Assembly (NCBI GenBank): GCA_963827685.1
Contig: CAWHBU010000004.1
Coordinates: 640,001 to 704,000, forward strand
DNA: 64,000 nt
Source of the DNA: an uncultured delta proteobacterium
GTDB lineage: Bacteria; Desulfobacterota; BSN033; UBA1163
Direction: 5' to 3'
Shown: piece by piece, positions 40,751 through 50,629 of the stretch
Layout of the letters: every line of letters begins with the position of its first letter
How positions within the stretch are numbered: the first letter of the stretch is position 1
Notes under the pieces: generated by a model
What the model was told of the DNA's origin: nothing
The model's input: the letters and a program-made list of their open reading frames with translations, nothing else
The model's database searches: none
Program-made: the position numbers and the translations under genes

Positions 40751-41503
40751 TTAATGCATGGCCCTCCCGCCATCCACCAAAATGGTCTGGCCGGTGATGA
40801 AATCGCTTTCATCCGATGCAAGGAAAATAACAGCCCCAAGAAGATCATTGGGTTGCTCCAGTCGCCTCAAGGGGGTTTTAGAGACATCGTATTTTGTGAC
40901 ATCAGCGAGATGGCGGCTTGCTTCTGTATCCGTAAATCCTGGAGCCACGGCATTGATATTAATGTTATGAGGCCCTAATTCAATGGCAAGGGCACGGGTT
41001 AAACCGATCACCCCCCCCTTTGAAGATACGTAGTGAATAAAGCCATAAGACCCTGTAAAAAATACTTCAGAGGAAAGGTTGATAATCTTCCCTTTTCCTT
41101 GTTTTTTCATATAAGGGAATACAGCCCTTGTGCAGAGCCAGGGACCTTTGACATTCACATTCATCACTAAGTCCCATTCGTTGGGATCTATCTCCGTGAA
41201 GGATTTCCGAACCAATCCATCGTAGATGGCTGCGCAATTGACTAAGATGTCGATCCTGCCGAAGACCTTAATTGTTTCCTCGGCCATCTTAATTGCATCC
41301 TTTTCAATGGAGACATCAGCCTGATGGGCCTTAGCCACGCCGCCCATTGCCTCAATCTCTTTTACAGTTTTTTCCAGATTGGTAATATCCTTCCGGGTTA
41401 CGGCCATGATCTTGGCTCCCTCTTTTGCCATTCCAATGGCGAATTCCCTTCCCAGGCCCTTGGCAGCTCCTGTCACGATTGTCACTTTATCTTTGAGCCT
41501 CAT
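40751..41503 (-). CDS. Short-chain dehydrogenase/reductase
   Basis: TGAAKGLG, YVSSK, VDGG. Confidence 0.9.
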   Translation of the reverse strand: MRLKDKVTIVTGAAKGLGREFAIGMAKEGAKIMAVTRKDITNLEKTVKEIEAMGGVAKAHQADVSIEKDAIKMAEETIKVFGRIDILVNCAAIYDGLVRKSFTEIDPNEWDLVMNVNVKGPWLCTRAVFPYMKKQGKGKIINLSSEVFFTGSYGFIHYVSSKGGVIGLTRALAIELGPHNININAVAPGFTDTEASRHLADVTKYDVSKTPLRRLEQPNDLLGAVIFLASDESDFITGQTILVDGGRAMH

Positions 41504-41569
41504 GGTTTTCCTTTCTAATATTATTAATGATCATTGTTGATTGATCATTGGTAATTTTGCAATGTCTCG

Positions 41570-43234
41570 TTACCAGGCTCTTCCTTTCTTCTCCCAGATT
41601 TTCTCCAGCTTGAAGTCTTCTACAATGACCTTGAAACAGTTATAACTGGACCCGCGAGCAATTCCCCCCCCGGAATGCATGTTGGAGGAACAGATATACA
41701 TATTTTTGAGGAAAGGAATTCGATAACTCGAGAGGTCTGGGATGGGTCTGAACCGGTCGTTCTGGGAAGCATCCATGGCTCCTTCCACCCATCCGCCCTC
41801 GATCATATCGGGATGCCTCATATTTGTATCATAAGGCGTGGTGATGAAGGCCTCGATGACATTGTCACGTGTCATATTGGGAGCGTAGATCTGCCATTGT
41901 TTGAGCATCAAATCCTCCACCTCTTTTTTCATCTTGAGCCATTGTCTCTCCGTAAAGAGGTGCAAGGGGGGGGCAAATTCTTCTAACAGAATGGTGTGTT
42001 TCCCCTCCGGTGCGCGCGTTTTGTCCCAGATGCTATCCGGTGCAGCGAGGATATACCACTTTTCAGGAAATCCTTTGGTAAAGATGTCTGCCTGGTATTT
42101 CCAGGAGAGGTATTCAGGGTCTTTCTCTCCCATATAGAGTCGCGGCTGAAGGCCTATATCTGGATTTAAGGAGGCGGCTTTATAATTCGGAAGTTCATGC
42201 ATGGCCATGTTTCCCCAATAGATCTGAGCGCGGTTATACCGGATGTTTCTGATGCGCCTGGCCACTTTTGCAGTAACATAATTTTCTCCCAAGAGTCTGA
42301 ATATCGTCTGGGGAACTCCCAAATCACTGATCACCAGCTGCTTTGCCTCAACTTCTATTCCATTTGAAAGTTTGACCCCTTTCGCCCTTCCATTCTCAAC
42401 GATGACTTTATCTGCTTCAGTCTCCACACAGAACTCTCCTCCCATGGCACTGAAGGCTCTCTGAAGAGCATGGGTAATGGTATGGGTTCCGCCATAGACA
42501 ATTGAGGCCGATTCAAAGGAAAGGGCCAGGCCGATCACGTGGACAAAGACATACAAGCCAATCACATCCCCTGGGAAACAGCCAGTGGAGGTTTCAATGG
42601 CCCTCATGAAGAGACACTGTAGTTCAGGGCTCTCAAAAAGATCCATAGCGATCTGGGATCCTGTCATGAATTGATAAACCGGATCGATCCCGTCTACGGG
42701 ATCGTCACAGAGTTTTTCGAGGGCATTCTTGACTCCCCAGGGTGTGGGAGGACTATAACGATATTCTCGAAAGGCAGCCCGCCACTTTCTCTGATATTTT
42801 CCGAGGAGTTCGAGATAGGTCTCTGCGTCCGTTTTCGAGAAGCGGGCGATCTCATTGTAGGTCTTCTTGACGTTTTCCTCGGAGTACTGTTCTTTACCCG
42901 TTAGGGGGTCGACACGAAATGCCGAATAGCCGACAAAACAGGTTCCATCTGGATAGACCATCCCTTCATTCTGGTCTGGGAAAATATATTTTAAGCCATA
43001 CTCCCTCAGGTTGAAATCGGTATAAGCAGGATGGGTCCAGAATCGGGTGAAGTGGGCACATGTATTCTGAATAAATCCAGGCAGGGGAAGTTCTTCCCCA
43101 CAGGCCCCTCCCCCTAATTCATGCTGACGTTCGAAGATCACTGTTTTAAGACCTGCATGTTGCAAATAGCAGGCAATGATCGTCCCGTGGTGTCCTCCAC
43201 CAACGATAATCGCATCATAACTTGTATCTGGCAT
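41570..43234 (-). CDS. Phytoene-dehydrogenase-family FAD oxidoreductase (B)
   Basis: GGGHHG, ERQHELGGG, DKTRAPEGKHT, NMHSGGGI. Confidence 0.85.
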   Translation of the reverse strand: MPDTSYDAIIVGGGHHGTIIACYLQHAGLKTVIFERQHELGGGACGEELPLPGFIQNTCAHFTRFWTHPAYTDFNLREYGLKYIFPDQNEGMVYPDGTCFVGYSAFRVDPLTGKEQYSEENVKKTYNEIARFSKTDAETYLELLGKYQRKWRAAFREYRYSPPTPWGVKNALEKLCDDPVDGIDPVYQFMTGSQIAMDLFESPELQCLFMRAIETSTGCFPGDVIGLYVFVHVIGLALSFESASIVYGGTHTITHALQRAFSAMGGEFCVETEADKVIVENGRAKGVKLSNGIEVEAKQLVISDLGVPQTIFRLLGENYVTAKVARRIRNIRYNRAQIYWGNMAMHELPNYKAASLNPDIGLQPRLYMGEKDPEYLSWKYQADIFTKGFPEKWYILAAPDSIWDKTRAPEGKHTILLEEFAPPLHLFTERQWLKMKKEVEDLMLKQWQIYAPNMTRDNVIEAFITTPYDTNMRHPDMIEGGWVEGAMDASQNDRFRPIPDLSSYRIPFLKNMYICSSNMHSGGGIARGSSYNCFKVIVEDFKLEKIWEKKGRAW

Positions 43235-43250
43235 GAGATTTCCTCCTTTT

Positions 43251-43484
43251 CTATTTCTTCTTCATCATTAACGAAAGGGCGTAATAGAGGATGGAGGGTT
43301 TAAAGAGGAGCTTGATGAAGTTCCTCAGGTCCGCTCCTTCCAAGGTGGCAGTAATAACCCAGTGGATGGGTTCGGTGGACTCGATTTTCAGTTTCAGGGT
43401 TTCCGCTCCTTCTGGATCTTTAAAGAGTTGAGTAAAGGATGCAATCATGGTGGTCTGGCCCAAACCTGTCGAATTGACTTTCAT
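43251..43484 (-). CDS. Small protein (77 aa) between the two flavoproteins
   Basis: ATG 43484 after AGGAGG; MKVNSTGLG..STEPIHW; short intergenic gaps on both sides. Confidence 0.7.
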   Translation of the reverse strand: MKVNSTGLGQTTMIASFTQLFKDPEGAETLKLKIESTEPIHWVITATLEGADLRNFIKLLFKPSILYYALSLMMKKK

Positions 43485-43494
43485 GATGAACCTC

Positions 43495-45111
43495 CTATAG
43501 CAGACCGTTTGCTTTCGCCTTGGTGACAATCTCAGGTTCTTTCCACCATTTTTGGATCCCCAGGTCCTGAGCGATTCGGTTGGCAGCGTTATAACCTGCA
43601 CCATAGGTCACTAACCCTCCGGGGAAGGTGGAAGCTCCACAAATGTAAAGATTTTTAATCGGCGTGGCATATTGAGAACAGAGTTCGTTTGGCCTCAAGT
43701 ATCCCATCTGAAGAGGATAGTAACCTCCTTGCTTAATGGATCCTTCCACCATGTCTGCAAATTTATTTTCGATGTCCAGTGGAGAGGCAATATAGGTCCA
43801 GAGAATATTATCCTCCGTCATATTAGGTGCGTGCTTCTTAAGTTTATCGATCAATCCTTTGGCATGTTCTTGGCGGATCTTATACCACCTATCAGGGCCT
43901 CCCTCCTTTAGACGGTAGGGTGCATGTTCTGATATTAAACCGGTGTGTCTCCCTGGAGGTGCTTCTGAGGGATCGAAAATGGTTGGAAAGCAGCAGTTGA
44001 ACCCGGATGGCTTGAGTTCTCCATTTTTTAAGGCTTTAAAATGATCGATCAGATTCTCTTCCGTCTCAAATCCGAGAACATAAATAAAAGCTTTATTTAA
44101 ATCGGGATTCGAAGCTGCAGCAGCAAATTGGGGTACATTAAAAAGCGCAAGGTGGATATCGAAGAGGGACCACTTCTCCCATTTCCAGTCCTTCGTCCGC
44201 GTGACAAGATCTTTTGGGAGATCCTTCTCCCCGATATACTTGAGAAACGTTTGATAGGGGTCGATGCTGGAGGCAACAAACTTGGTAGCTGTGTAAACCG
44301 TTCCATCATCTAATTCAATCCCTTTTGCCGTTCCATTTTCCACGATGATTCTCTTGATGATCTGACTTCCTAAGATCATTCCTCCATGACGATAAAGAAA
44401 TTTAGACATCAAGTTGGCCATATGATGAGAGCCTCCCACGCAGAGCCGATAGTTAGAAGCTCGATTGATCATGAGTGGAACCAGGTAACCCAGCCCTTCC
44501 AGATCATAATCCAATCCCCACAGACAGGTGGCATAGAGCATTAGCGTCCTGATTTGATTATTTTCGAAAATACTATGCACGATATCGATTGGTTTCTTTT
44601 CAGAAAGGGCACTGATTTCTTGACCAAGAGGACTGGAATGGAGTTTCACGACCTGTTCGAAGGCTGGCTTGGCCATATCGTAAGTAGCGGGTCCCAAGAA
44701 GGCATCTACATATTCCTTAAACCGTTTATAGGTATCCCGATAGGCATCGGCATCTTTCTTAGAGAATTGAGCAAATGAAGCACATGTTTTTTCCACATCC
44801 GAATAGATGCAAAGGCTACGGCCATCTGCGAAAGGCATCGCCATGACCAAATCGGGATGAATATATTGGAGATCATAAGTTTTATCCAGGTCGAGATCAG
44901 GGAATACTGGGGCATAATCCACCATGGGATGGTAGATCGCATGGGTATTGTGAATAAACCCGGGGATCGTGACCATCTCCGAGCAAAGGCCCCCTCCCAT
45001 TTCGTATCTCTTTTCTAAGATCAGGATCTTTAGCCCTGCTTTGGAAAGGTAACAACCTAAAGTGAGTCCATTGGGCCCACCACCAATGATAATGCCATCG
45101 TATTGGGGCAT
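43495..45111 (-). CDS. Phytoene-dehydrogenase-family FAD oxidoreductase (A)
   Basis: [39 protein letters not shown]. Confidence 0.87.
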   Translation of the reverse strand: MPQYDGIIIGGGPNGLTLGCYLSKAGLKILILEKRYEMGGGLCSEMVTIPGFIHNTHAIYHPMVDYAPVFPDLDLDKTYDLQYIHPDLVMAMPFADGRSLCIYSDVEKTCASFAQFSKKDADAYRDTYKRFKEYVDAFLGPATYDMAKPAFEQVVKLHSSPLGQEISALSEKKPIDIVHSIFENNQIRTLMLYATCLWGLDYDLEGLGYLVPLMINRASNYRLCVGGSHHMANLMSKFLYRHGGMILGSQIIKRIIVENGTAKGIELDDGTVYTATKFVASSIDPYQTFLKYIGEKDLPKDLVTRTKDWKWEKWSLFDIHLALFNVPQFAAAASNPDLNKAFIYVLGFETEENLIDHFKALKNGELKPSGFNCCFPTIFDPSEAPPGRHTGLISEHAPYRLKEGGPDRWYKIRQEHAKGLIDKLKKHAPNMTEDNILWTYIASPLDIENKFADMVEGSIKQGGYYPLQMGYLRPNELCSQYATPIKNLYICGASTFPGGLVTYGAGYNAANRIAQDLGIQKWWKEPEIVTKAKANGLL

Positions 45112-45186
45112 AATTCTCTCTCCTTTCCTAATGATGATTGTCCGTAGTTAAAAAGGTAGGGTTTACTAAAACTACATTTTCCAGTA

Positions 45187-46727
45187 TGTTTAAGCGAAGT
45201 CAATATGTCCCCTTAACTGCAACGTGAAAATGTCCCCTCCAAGGGTTTTGATCTTGACCCTTGAGTGAGTGGATGAACTTCAATTTGAGTTTCTTTTTTT
45301 TAAGTGAGCTCTCATAAGAGATCCCTATTAATGGGCAACAAGCGAAATGTGAATCGCCAGGTTGCGCTACAATCAACGATGTTCGATGAGCAGGGGGTAA
45401 GGGTCACCTTCCCTGGAGGGTGCTGAAGCGAGATAGACCCAGTGGTAATCTTTAACTCCTTTTGCATGGTGTTTCTTTCGGGGAAGAGCTCTCACCGGTT
45501 CCCGGAGGGAAGTAGGAGGATGTTTCGCAATCAACTGATCTTGAGCGTAGATTCTCCAAGATCCGTTGAGAAGCTGCCGAGCTTCCACCTTGAGCTTCGC
45601 ATAGGATCTTCTTTGAGGGCCAGGGGGAATATCGAGAACCAATCCTCCCAGCCGAGCCGTATTATCGTTGCCGACCGTAGCCGTATAGCGAAAGCTGATG
45701 ATTCGATCCAGGTCCAGATGGTTTGGGACTTCTCTCCAGGCTTTTTGGGATTCTCTGGGTCTGACGGCAAAGCGACGGTTAAAGTCTTTTAAAAAGGTTG
45801 ATTGTAAAAAGCGATTGGCCTCTTCCATCGTTACAATTTCTTTTAAACGGAGTTCTGCTCCCAGACGATCCTGCAGGGTGGCAAAGAGTTTTTCTATCCT
45901 TCCTTTGGCCTGAGGAGAAAGAGCCGAGATCGGCTCAATCCCCAAGGCTTCGAGAGCTAATCCGACTTGAGTCGGTTCCTGTCGGCCAGCGAGTTGCTCT
46001 TCCAAGCTCCAGTGAGGGTCATTCCGATGCAACGACCCGTGGCGATCCTGATAGATCATCATTGGGATTCCATATTTTTTAATCATCTCTTTAAGAAGCC
46101 AGAAATAGCCTGCGGAACCTTCAAAGGGAAAGAAACGGGCGGCCAGCAGTTTCCCGGTCGCATCATCGATGGCAGCCATCAGACAGCAAGGTGGAAGGTC
46201 TCGGCCAAACCAGGGGTGGGGACTCCCATCCCAGAGGACCATCCATCCTTCTTGAGCCATTCGCTCCCGTCGCTTTCGATGCTTAGGTCCCCGACGCCTG
46301 CGCTTGGGTGCCATCCCCGCCTCCCGCCGTAACTTCCTCACCGTCTCTCGATTCAAATCGATCCCTTCGCACTCCCGAAGTTTCTCCGTAAAATGGGTAT
46401 CGTTAAAGTCCCAGTAAACCTCTTCCGACAGCTTTAATACCCTTTCTCGTAAGGACTCCTTGAGCCGGTGGTTCGAAGGTCGTCCCCTGTTACCATGCAC
46501 CAAGGCTTTGATCCCTCTCTCCCGGATCGCTTGCCCAATCCGCTTCGCCTGACGGTAGGACACACCTATCCTCTCTCCAGCCTCCCTCAAGGTGATCTTC
46601 CCTACCTTTACGATCTCCATCAGATGCCACCTCTTTAACTCCCTCTGCCCCATGAGTATCTTCTCCTGTTCCATGGGGACATTTTAACTTAAGCAGTTAA
46701 TGGGGACATTTCTACTTTGCTAACACA
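45187..46727 (-). mobile_element. ISNCY/IS1202-type insertion sequence with 16-bp target duplication
   Basis: TGT..ACA ends, imperfect 26-bp TIRs ending ATGTCCCC (repeated internally); direct repeat ACTACATTTTCCAGTA at 45171-45186 and 46728-46743. Confidence 0.9.
45373..46674 (-). CDS. ISNCY/IS1202-family DDE transposase
   Basis: HGNRGR, WDGSPH.W, IDDATG, YQDRHG, SPQAKGRIEKLF.TLQDRL. Confidence 0.9.
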   Translation of the reverse strand: MEQEKILMGQRELKRWHLMEIVKVGKITLREAGERIGVSYRQAKRIGQAIRERGIKALVHGNRGRPSNHRLKESLRERVLKLSEEVYWDFNDTHFTEKLRECEGIDLNRETVRKLRREAGMAPKRRRRGPKHRKRRERMAQEGWMVLWDGSPHPWFGRDLPPCCLMAAIDDATGKLLAARFFPFEGSAGYFWLLKEMIKKYGIPMMIYQDRHGSLHRNDPHWSLEEQLAGRQEPTQVGLALEALGIEPISALSPQAKGRIEKLFATLQDRLGAELRLKEIVTMEEANRFLQSTFLKDFNRRFAVRPRESQKAWREVPNHLDLDRIISFRYTATVGNDNTARLGGLVLDIPPGPQRRSYAKLKVEARQLLNGSWRIYAQDQLIAKHPPTSLREPVRALPRKKHHAKGVKDYHWVYLASAPSREGDPYPLLIEHR

Positions 46728-46740
46728 ACTACATTTTCCA

Positions 46741-46791
46741 GTATTGACAAGTCAATACAATTATTCTTATAATACCATAAGAAAAACTTAT
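46741..46791. promoter_or_regulatory. Divergent control region: perfect palindrome plus LysR box
   Basis: GTATTGAC-AA-GTCAATAC (46741-46758); ATAAG-N5-CTTAT (T-N11-A) at ~46777-46791. Confidence 0.55.
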
Positions 46792-46956
46792 AGCAATTCA
46801 TAAACAATATATATTTCAAACTATTACGCCATATCAATTTTGCGAATTCTAAGCACAATTACTCTTATTTAGTGGATTAAAGTTGACTTCTTTCCTTATT
46901 CAAAATTTGAGATTTCTTATATAGGTGGACAAGGTATTTCTCTTAAGGAGCATTTT

Positions 46957-47901
46957 TTGAATCTCAAACAATTAGAAGCTTTTTATTTGGTGGTAAAGAG
47001 GAAGAGTTTTACTCGGGCAGCAGAAGAATTGAATGTGACCCAGCCTGCTGTCACCATCCAAGTCAAATCCTTAGAGAAGTCATTGAATTTGAAACTCATC
47101 AATCAGATAGGGAAAAGAGTACAATTAAATGAAGCTGGAGAACTCCTCTACGAATATGCGGAGAAAATCTTTGATCTTGTCAACGATGCCGATGAGAAGA
47201 TGAGGGATTTCAAGAAACTGATGAGAGGGACGCTTCAGATTGGGACAACAAAGAATTATGCCCGTTACATCATGCCTTCTTTGCTCTCCGAGTTTCAGAG
47301 GAGATTTCCTCGTATCAAGGTCATTTTAGATGAAGGGAACTCCGAGGATATGGCCAAGAGTGTCTTTGAGAAGAAAAATGAACTCGCCCTCATCTCCCAA
47401 CTGAACCTTGATCGAAAAATCAAATCAACCTTTTTCTCGACAGTAGAGTTTGTTCTGGTTGTTTCACCCGAACACAGGTTCTCGCAGAGGAAGAGCATCT
47501 CCCTGAGAGAATTGAATGGTGAACCGGTGATTTTGAGGGAAAAGGGATCTGGTTCAAGGGCGGCCATTTTGAGGAAATTTCAGGAATACGGGATCTGGCC
47601 ATCGGTAATTACTGAGGCAAGCAGTTTGGACTTTATCGTGGGATATGTGAAACAGAACAAAGGGGTTTCCTTCATGTTTCAGCCTGATATCGAAGAGGAA
47701 TTGGAGAAGGGAACCTTGAAAGTTATCTTCATCGAAGAGGGAAACATTATTTTCTTTACTGATCTCATCTATCACAGTGAAAAATCTCTCTCACCTCCTA
47801 GCCAAGCCTTCCTAAAAATGGTGGGAGAATTAAGGGGCCAGGGTAAAGGGGAGTTTAGGGCAGGGTTCGTCCCGCCAAGTTCCGTTCTTCAAACCTACTG
47901 A
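46957..47901 (+). CDS. LysR-family transcriptional regulator
   Basis: SFTRAAEELNVTQPAVT, REKGSGSR. Confidence 0.92.
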   Translation: MNLKQLEAFYLVVKRKSFTRAAEELNVTQPAVTIQVKSLEKSLNLKLINQIGKRVQLNEAGELLYEYAEKIFDLVNDADEKMRDFKKLMRGTLQIGTTKNYARYIMPSLLSEFQRRFPRIKVILDEGNSEDMAKSVFEKKNELALISQLNLDRKIKSTFFSTVEFVLVVSPEHRFSQRKSISLRELNGEPVILREKGSGSRAAILRKFQEYGIWPSVITEASSLDFIVGYVKQNKGVSFMFQPDIEEELEKGTLKVIFIEEGNIIFFTDLIYHSEKSLSPPSQAFLKMVGELRGQGKGEFRAGFVPPSSVLQTY

Positions 47902-47908
47902 AAATCCA

Positions 47909-48643
47909 TCAACATCTTCGTCTTTTATCCTCACTGTAGAGATTTAGAAATTGATTGACGGCCTCCTGGGCGAATTCTCGAGTGTTAAGGTGGAGATTGA
48001 GCTCGATGATCGGGATCTTCGGATCGATATGAATCTTCAACTCGTCGAGGAAGGCGCGATCCCCCACTGGATCATAAAGAGGCATCCCTTCCTTATCGAG
48101 AGAAGACCATCCCTTCAAGGGGATGAGAATAGCCACAGGTCCTCTTGACCGATTTAATTTTCTGGCCACCTCTCCTGCAATTTCTTTCAACTCCTGAGGA
48201 TTGGTGCGAGCTTGAACCCTAAAAGCATCCGGAATGAAAAGTTTTCTATTTTTGATATCCTTTGATACCCAAAGGGGATCTCCTCGATCACCTCTTTCCA
48301 ATGGCCCACAACTGAGCATATCAAATCCGCAAGGCGTGATAATTTGAGGAATGCCCAGTTTCCCGGCGGTCACCACAACATTTCTTCTCAATTGAGCAGC
48401 CAGCTTTTCTGAAATCTTTTTTACCAAGGCGTCCTCTTTATGCCCGATAAAAGTAAAATTGGAAGAGGTGGCACTCCATTTTTTCGGATTCTTTAAGCTG
48501 GGCCTCGGAATGGCGATTCCCACAGCACCGATATGAAATCGGGTTCCTCCCCAGGTGGAAATCAAGAGGTCTTGGCCCACCTCTTGAACAAAACCCTGGA
48601 TCCTGAATCGACCTTTCGAAATTTCAACCAAAAATCTTTTCAT
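47909..48643 (-). pseudogene. In-frame chimera: LpdD-like N-terminus (94 aa) + UPF0261/Tm-1-like C-terminal half
   Basis: First 94 aa match 31583-32014 up to VVVTAG; remainder GIPQIITPCG..PLKGWSSLD..YDP matches C-halves of the UPF0261 genes at 49405-50622 and 59422-60640. Confidence 0.8.
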
Positions 48644-48772
48644 GGAATTGGTTCCAATTTTAGAAAGTCAGTGAGATTCTGTCAACCCCGATTTATCCTT
48701 TCTAGGCTACTCCCGATTCGGAATTTAGTAAAAAACTTAGTGGATGTGGTGACCAGAAACGAATGAAGAGAG

Positions 48773-49339
48773 TTAATCAGCCGCCGTCCCCCATCTTCTA
48801 AATAGGTTCGCATCGATAGAGAAAAGGTCGAGAACCTTTCCAATGGTTTGGTTGATTAAATCTTCGATGGTCTTCGGATGATGATAAAAAGCAGGGATAG
48901 GAGGCATAACAATTCCTCCCATTCTTGTTACCTTGATCATCAGTTCAAGATGCCCCTCGTGCAAAGGTGTTTCCCTGACAAGAAGGACGAGCCTCCTCCT
49001 TTCCTTCAACATCACATCGGCCGCTCTCACAAGAAGGTTATGGCTATAGGAATTTGCAATCGCAGAAAGGGTCTTGATGGAGCAGGGAGCAACCACCATC
49101 CCATCCACCTGGAAGGAACCACTTGCCAAAGGTGCACTCAAATCCTCCTCGTCATAAACATGGGAGGCCATGGATTCAAGTTCCACCTTGTGATAGGTGG
49201 TTTCAATTTCCAAGTTTTTCAAACCTGCCTGGGTGATGATAAAATGAGTCTCCATTCCCAATTTAGAAAGGACTTCGAGGATTCTCACGCCGTAAATCAC
49301 ACCGGAAGCACCGGTCATTCCTACGACTATGCTTTTCAT
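48773..49339 (-). CDS. ubiX: Flavin prenyltransferase
   Basis: GMTGASG, ASGSF, PCSIKTL, RAADV.LKERR.L.L.VRETPL, PAFY. Confidence 0.93.
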   Translation of the reverse strand: MKSIVVGMTGASGVIYGVRILEVLSKLGMETHFIITQAGLKNLEIETTYHKVELESMASHVYDEEDLSAPLASGSFQVDGMVVAPCSIKTLSAIANSYSHNLLVRAADVMLKERRRLVLLVRETPLHEGHLELMIKVTRMGGIVMPPIPAFYHHPKTIEDLINQTIGKVLDLFSIDANLFRRWGTAAD

Positions 49340-49404
49340 ATAAGGAGTAAGATCACTTGACAATCGACACAGTCTTACACACTTCTTGAAATTTCGTATG
49401 CACC

Positions 49405-50622
49405 TTATGTAAACAGCCCAATGCTTTCTTTCACAATCGTCTGGGCGAAAAGAGGTTCCTCCATGTTAGCCTCGATTTCTATGAGTTCAATACCAGATTT
49501 CAGTTCCTTTTGCAGTTCTGAAACAAATATTTTATCCTCTTGGGGGTCATAGGTCGGGCTATTTGGTAAATCCACTGATGACCATCCTTTAAGAGGGATG
49601 ATGACTTTCACCGGTGCCTTTGATTTATTCAGTTTTTCTGCAAACGCATGCGCTGCTTTTACAAGTTCGTCAGGGGAAGCTCTGAGCCATGTACGAAATT
49701 TGTCGAGGTCATATTTTCTTCGACTTTTATGATCATTGGTATATTTAGATTTGGGAGGGGTAATATGATTCACCCCGCACGTGGAGATTATCTGAGGAAT
49801 CCCTACCTTCCCTGCCGTCTCCATCCGATTGGGTCCTGCATCCCTCATACCACCAACAAGATGCTCTATGACACCTCCAGGAGCTAAATCAATTACCCCG
49901 TTGAAGAGCCCCTGCTCTATCATTTTTTCCATAGCCCTATCCCCTATCCCTGCTGCAGAAAATCCTATAACCTGGTATCCTTTCCCTTCTAAGGACGTCC
50001 TCACGTTACTAGCACACTTTTCGCAAGGACCTAACATAGTAAGAGCAATAACATTCCTCTTCTTGTAAGCGTAAACTGTTTGAAGAGTGGGCGCATCCAC
50101 CATACCACAGATGGCATAAGCTCCTCTATCTATTACATTTTTAAGGATATCGCTTAGTCCTGAGATTTCTATAACAGAATGGATGAGGGCGATATCGCCT
50201 ATTTCAATATACCGGGTTGACATACCAGGGAGGGCAGCGGTTGAGGAAATCATAACTTTTGGAACTCCAAATGGAAGAATCCTCATCACATCTGTAGCCA
50301 TTAAAGAACCAGTAGACCCACCCATACCTATGATCCCATCAAGTTTTCCTTCTCTCCACATGTTAAGGGCAAGAGTCGCCGCACCTTTTGTCATGATCGC
50401 AGTGTTTTTTGCCCTTTCGTGGGATATAAGAATTTCCTCAAGTTTACTCCCTCCTGCCTCTGCCACCTTGTGAGCTGAAATATCAGCATTCATGCCCTCA
50501 GCCAATCTCATAGAGATGTCAAGAATCAAAGGATTTTTACCGAGTTGCCCTATTTTATCCCTTAGATAGAATGTTTCTGTTCCTTTGGTATCAAGGGTAG
50601 AGATGATCAAGATTGTTTTCAT
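49405..50622 (-). CDS. UPF0261 / Tm-1-like ATP-binding domain protein
   Basis: STLDTKG.E, GMGGSTGS, LPFGVPKVMISS, PLKGWS. Confidence 0.87.
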   Translation of the reverse strand: MKTILIISTLDTKGTETFYLRDKIGQLGKNPLILDISMRLAEGMNADISAHKVAEAGGSKLEEILISHERAKNTAIMTKGAATLALNMWREGKLDGIIGMGGSTGSLMATDVMRILPFGVPKVMISSTAALPGMSTRYIEIGDIALIHSVIEISGLSDILKNVIDRGAYAICGMVDAPTLQTVYAYKKRNVIALTMLGPCEKCASNVRTSLEGKGYQVIGFSAAGIGDRAMEKMIEQGLFNGVIDLAPGGVIEHLVGGMRDAGPNRMETAGKVGIPQIISTCGVNHITPPKSKYTNDHKSRRKYDLDKFRTWLRASPDELVKAAHAFAEKLNKSKAPVKVIIPLKGWSSVDLPNSPTYDPQEDKIFVSELQKELKSGIELIEIEANMEEPLFAQTIVKESIGLFT

Positions 50623-50629
50623 TGCTATG

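Noticed and set aside
41570-45111. Carotenoid biosynthesis
   Set aside because: No phytoene synthase or prenyltransferase nearby; context is catabolic.
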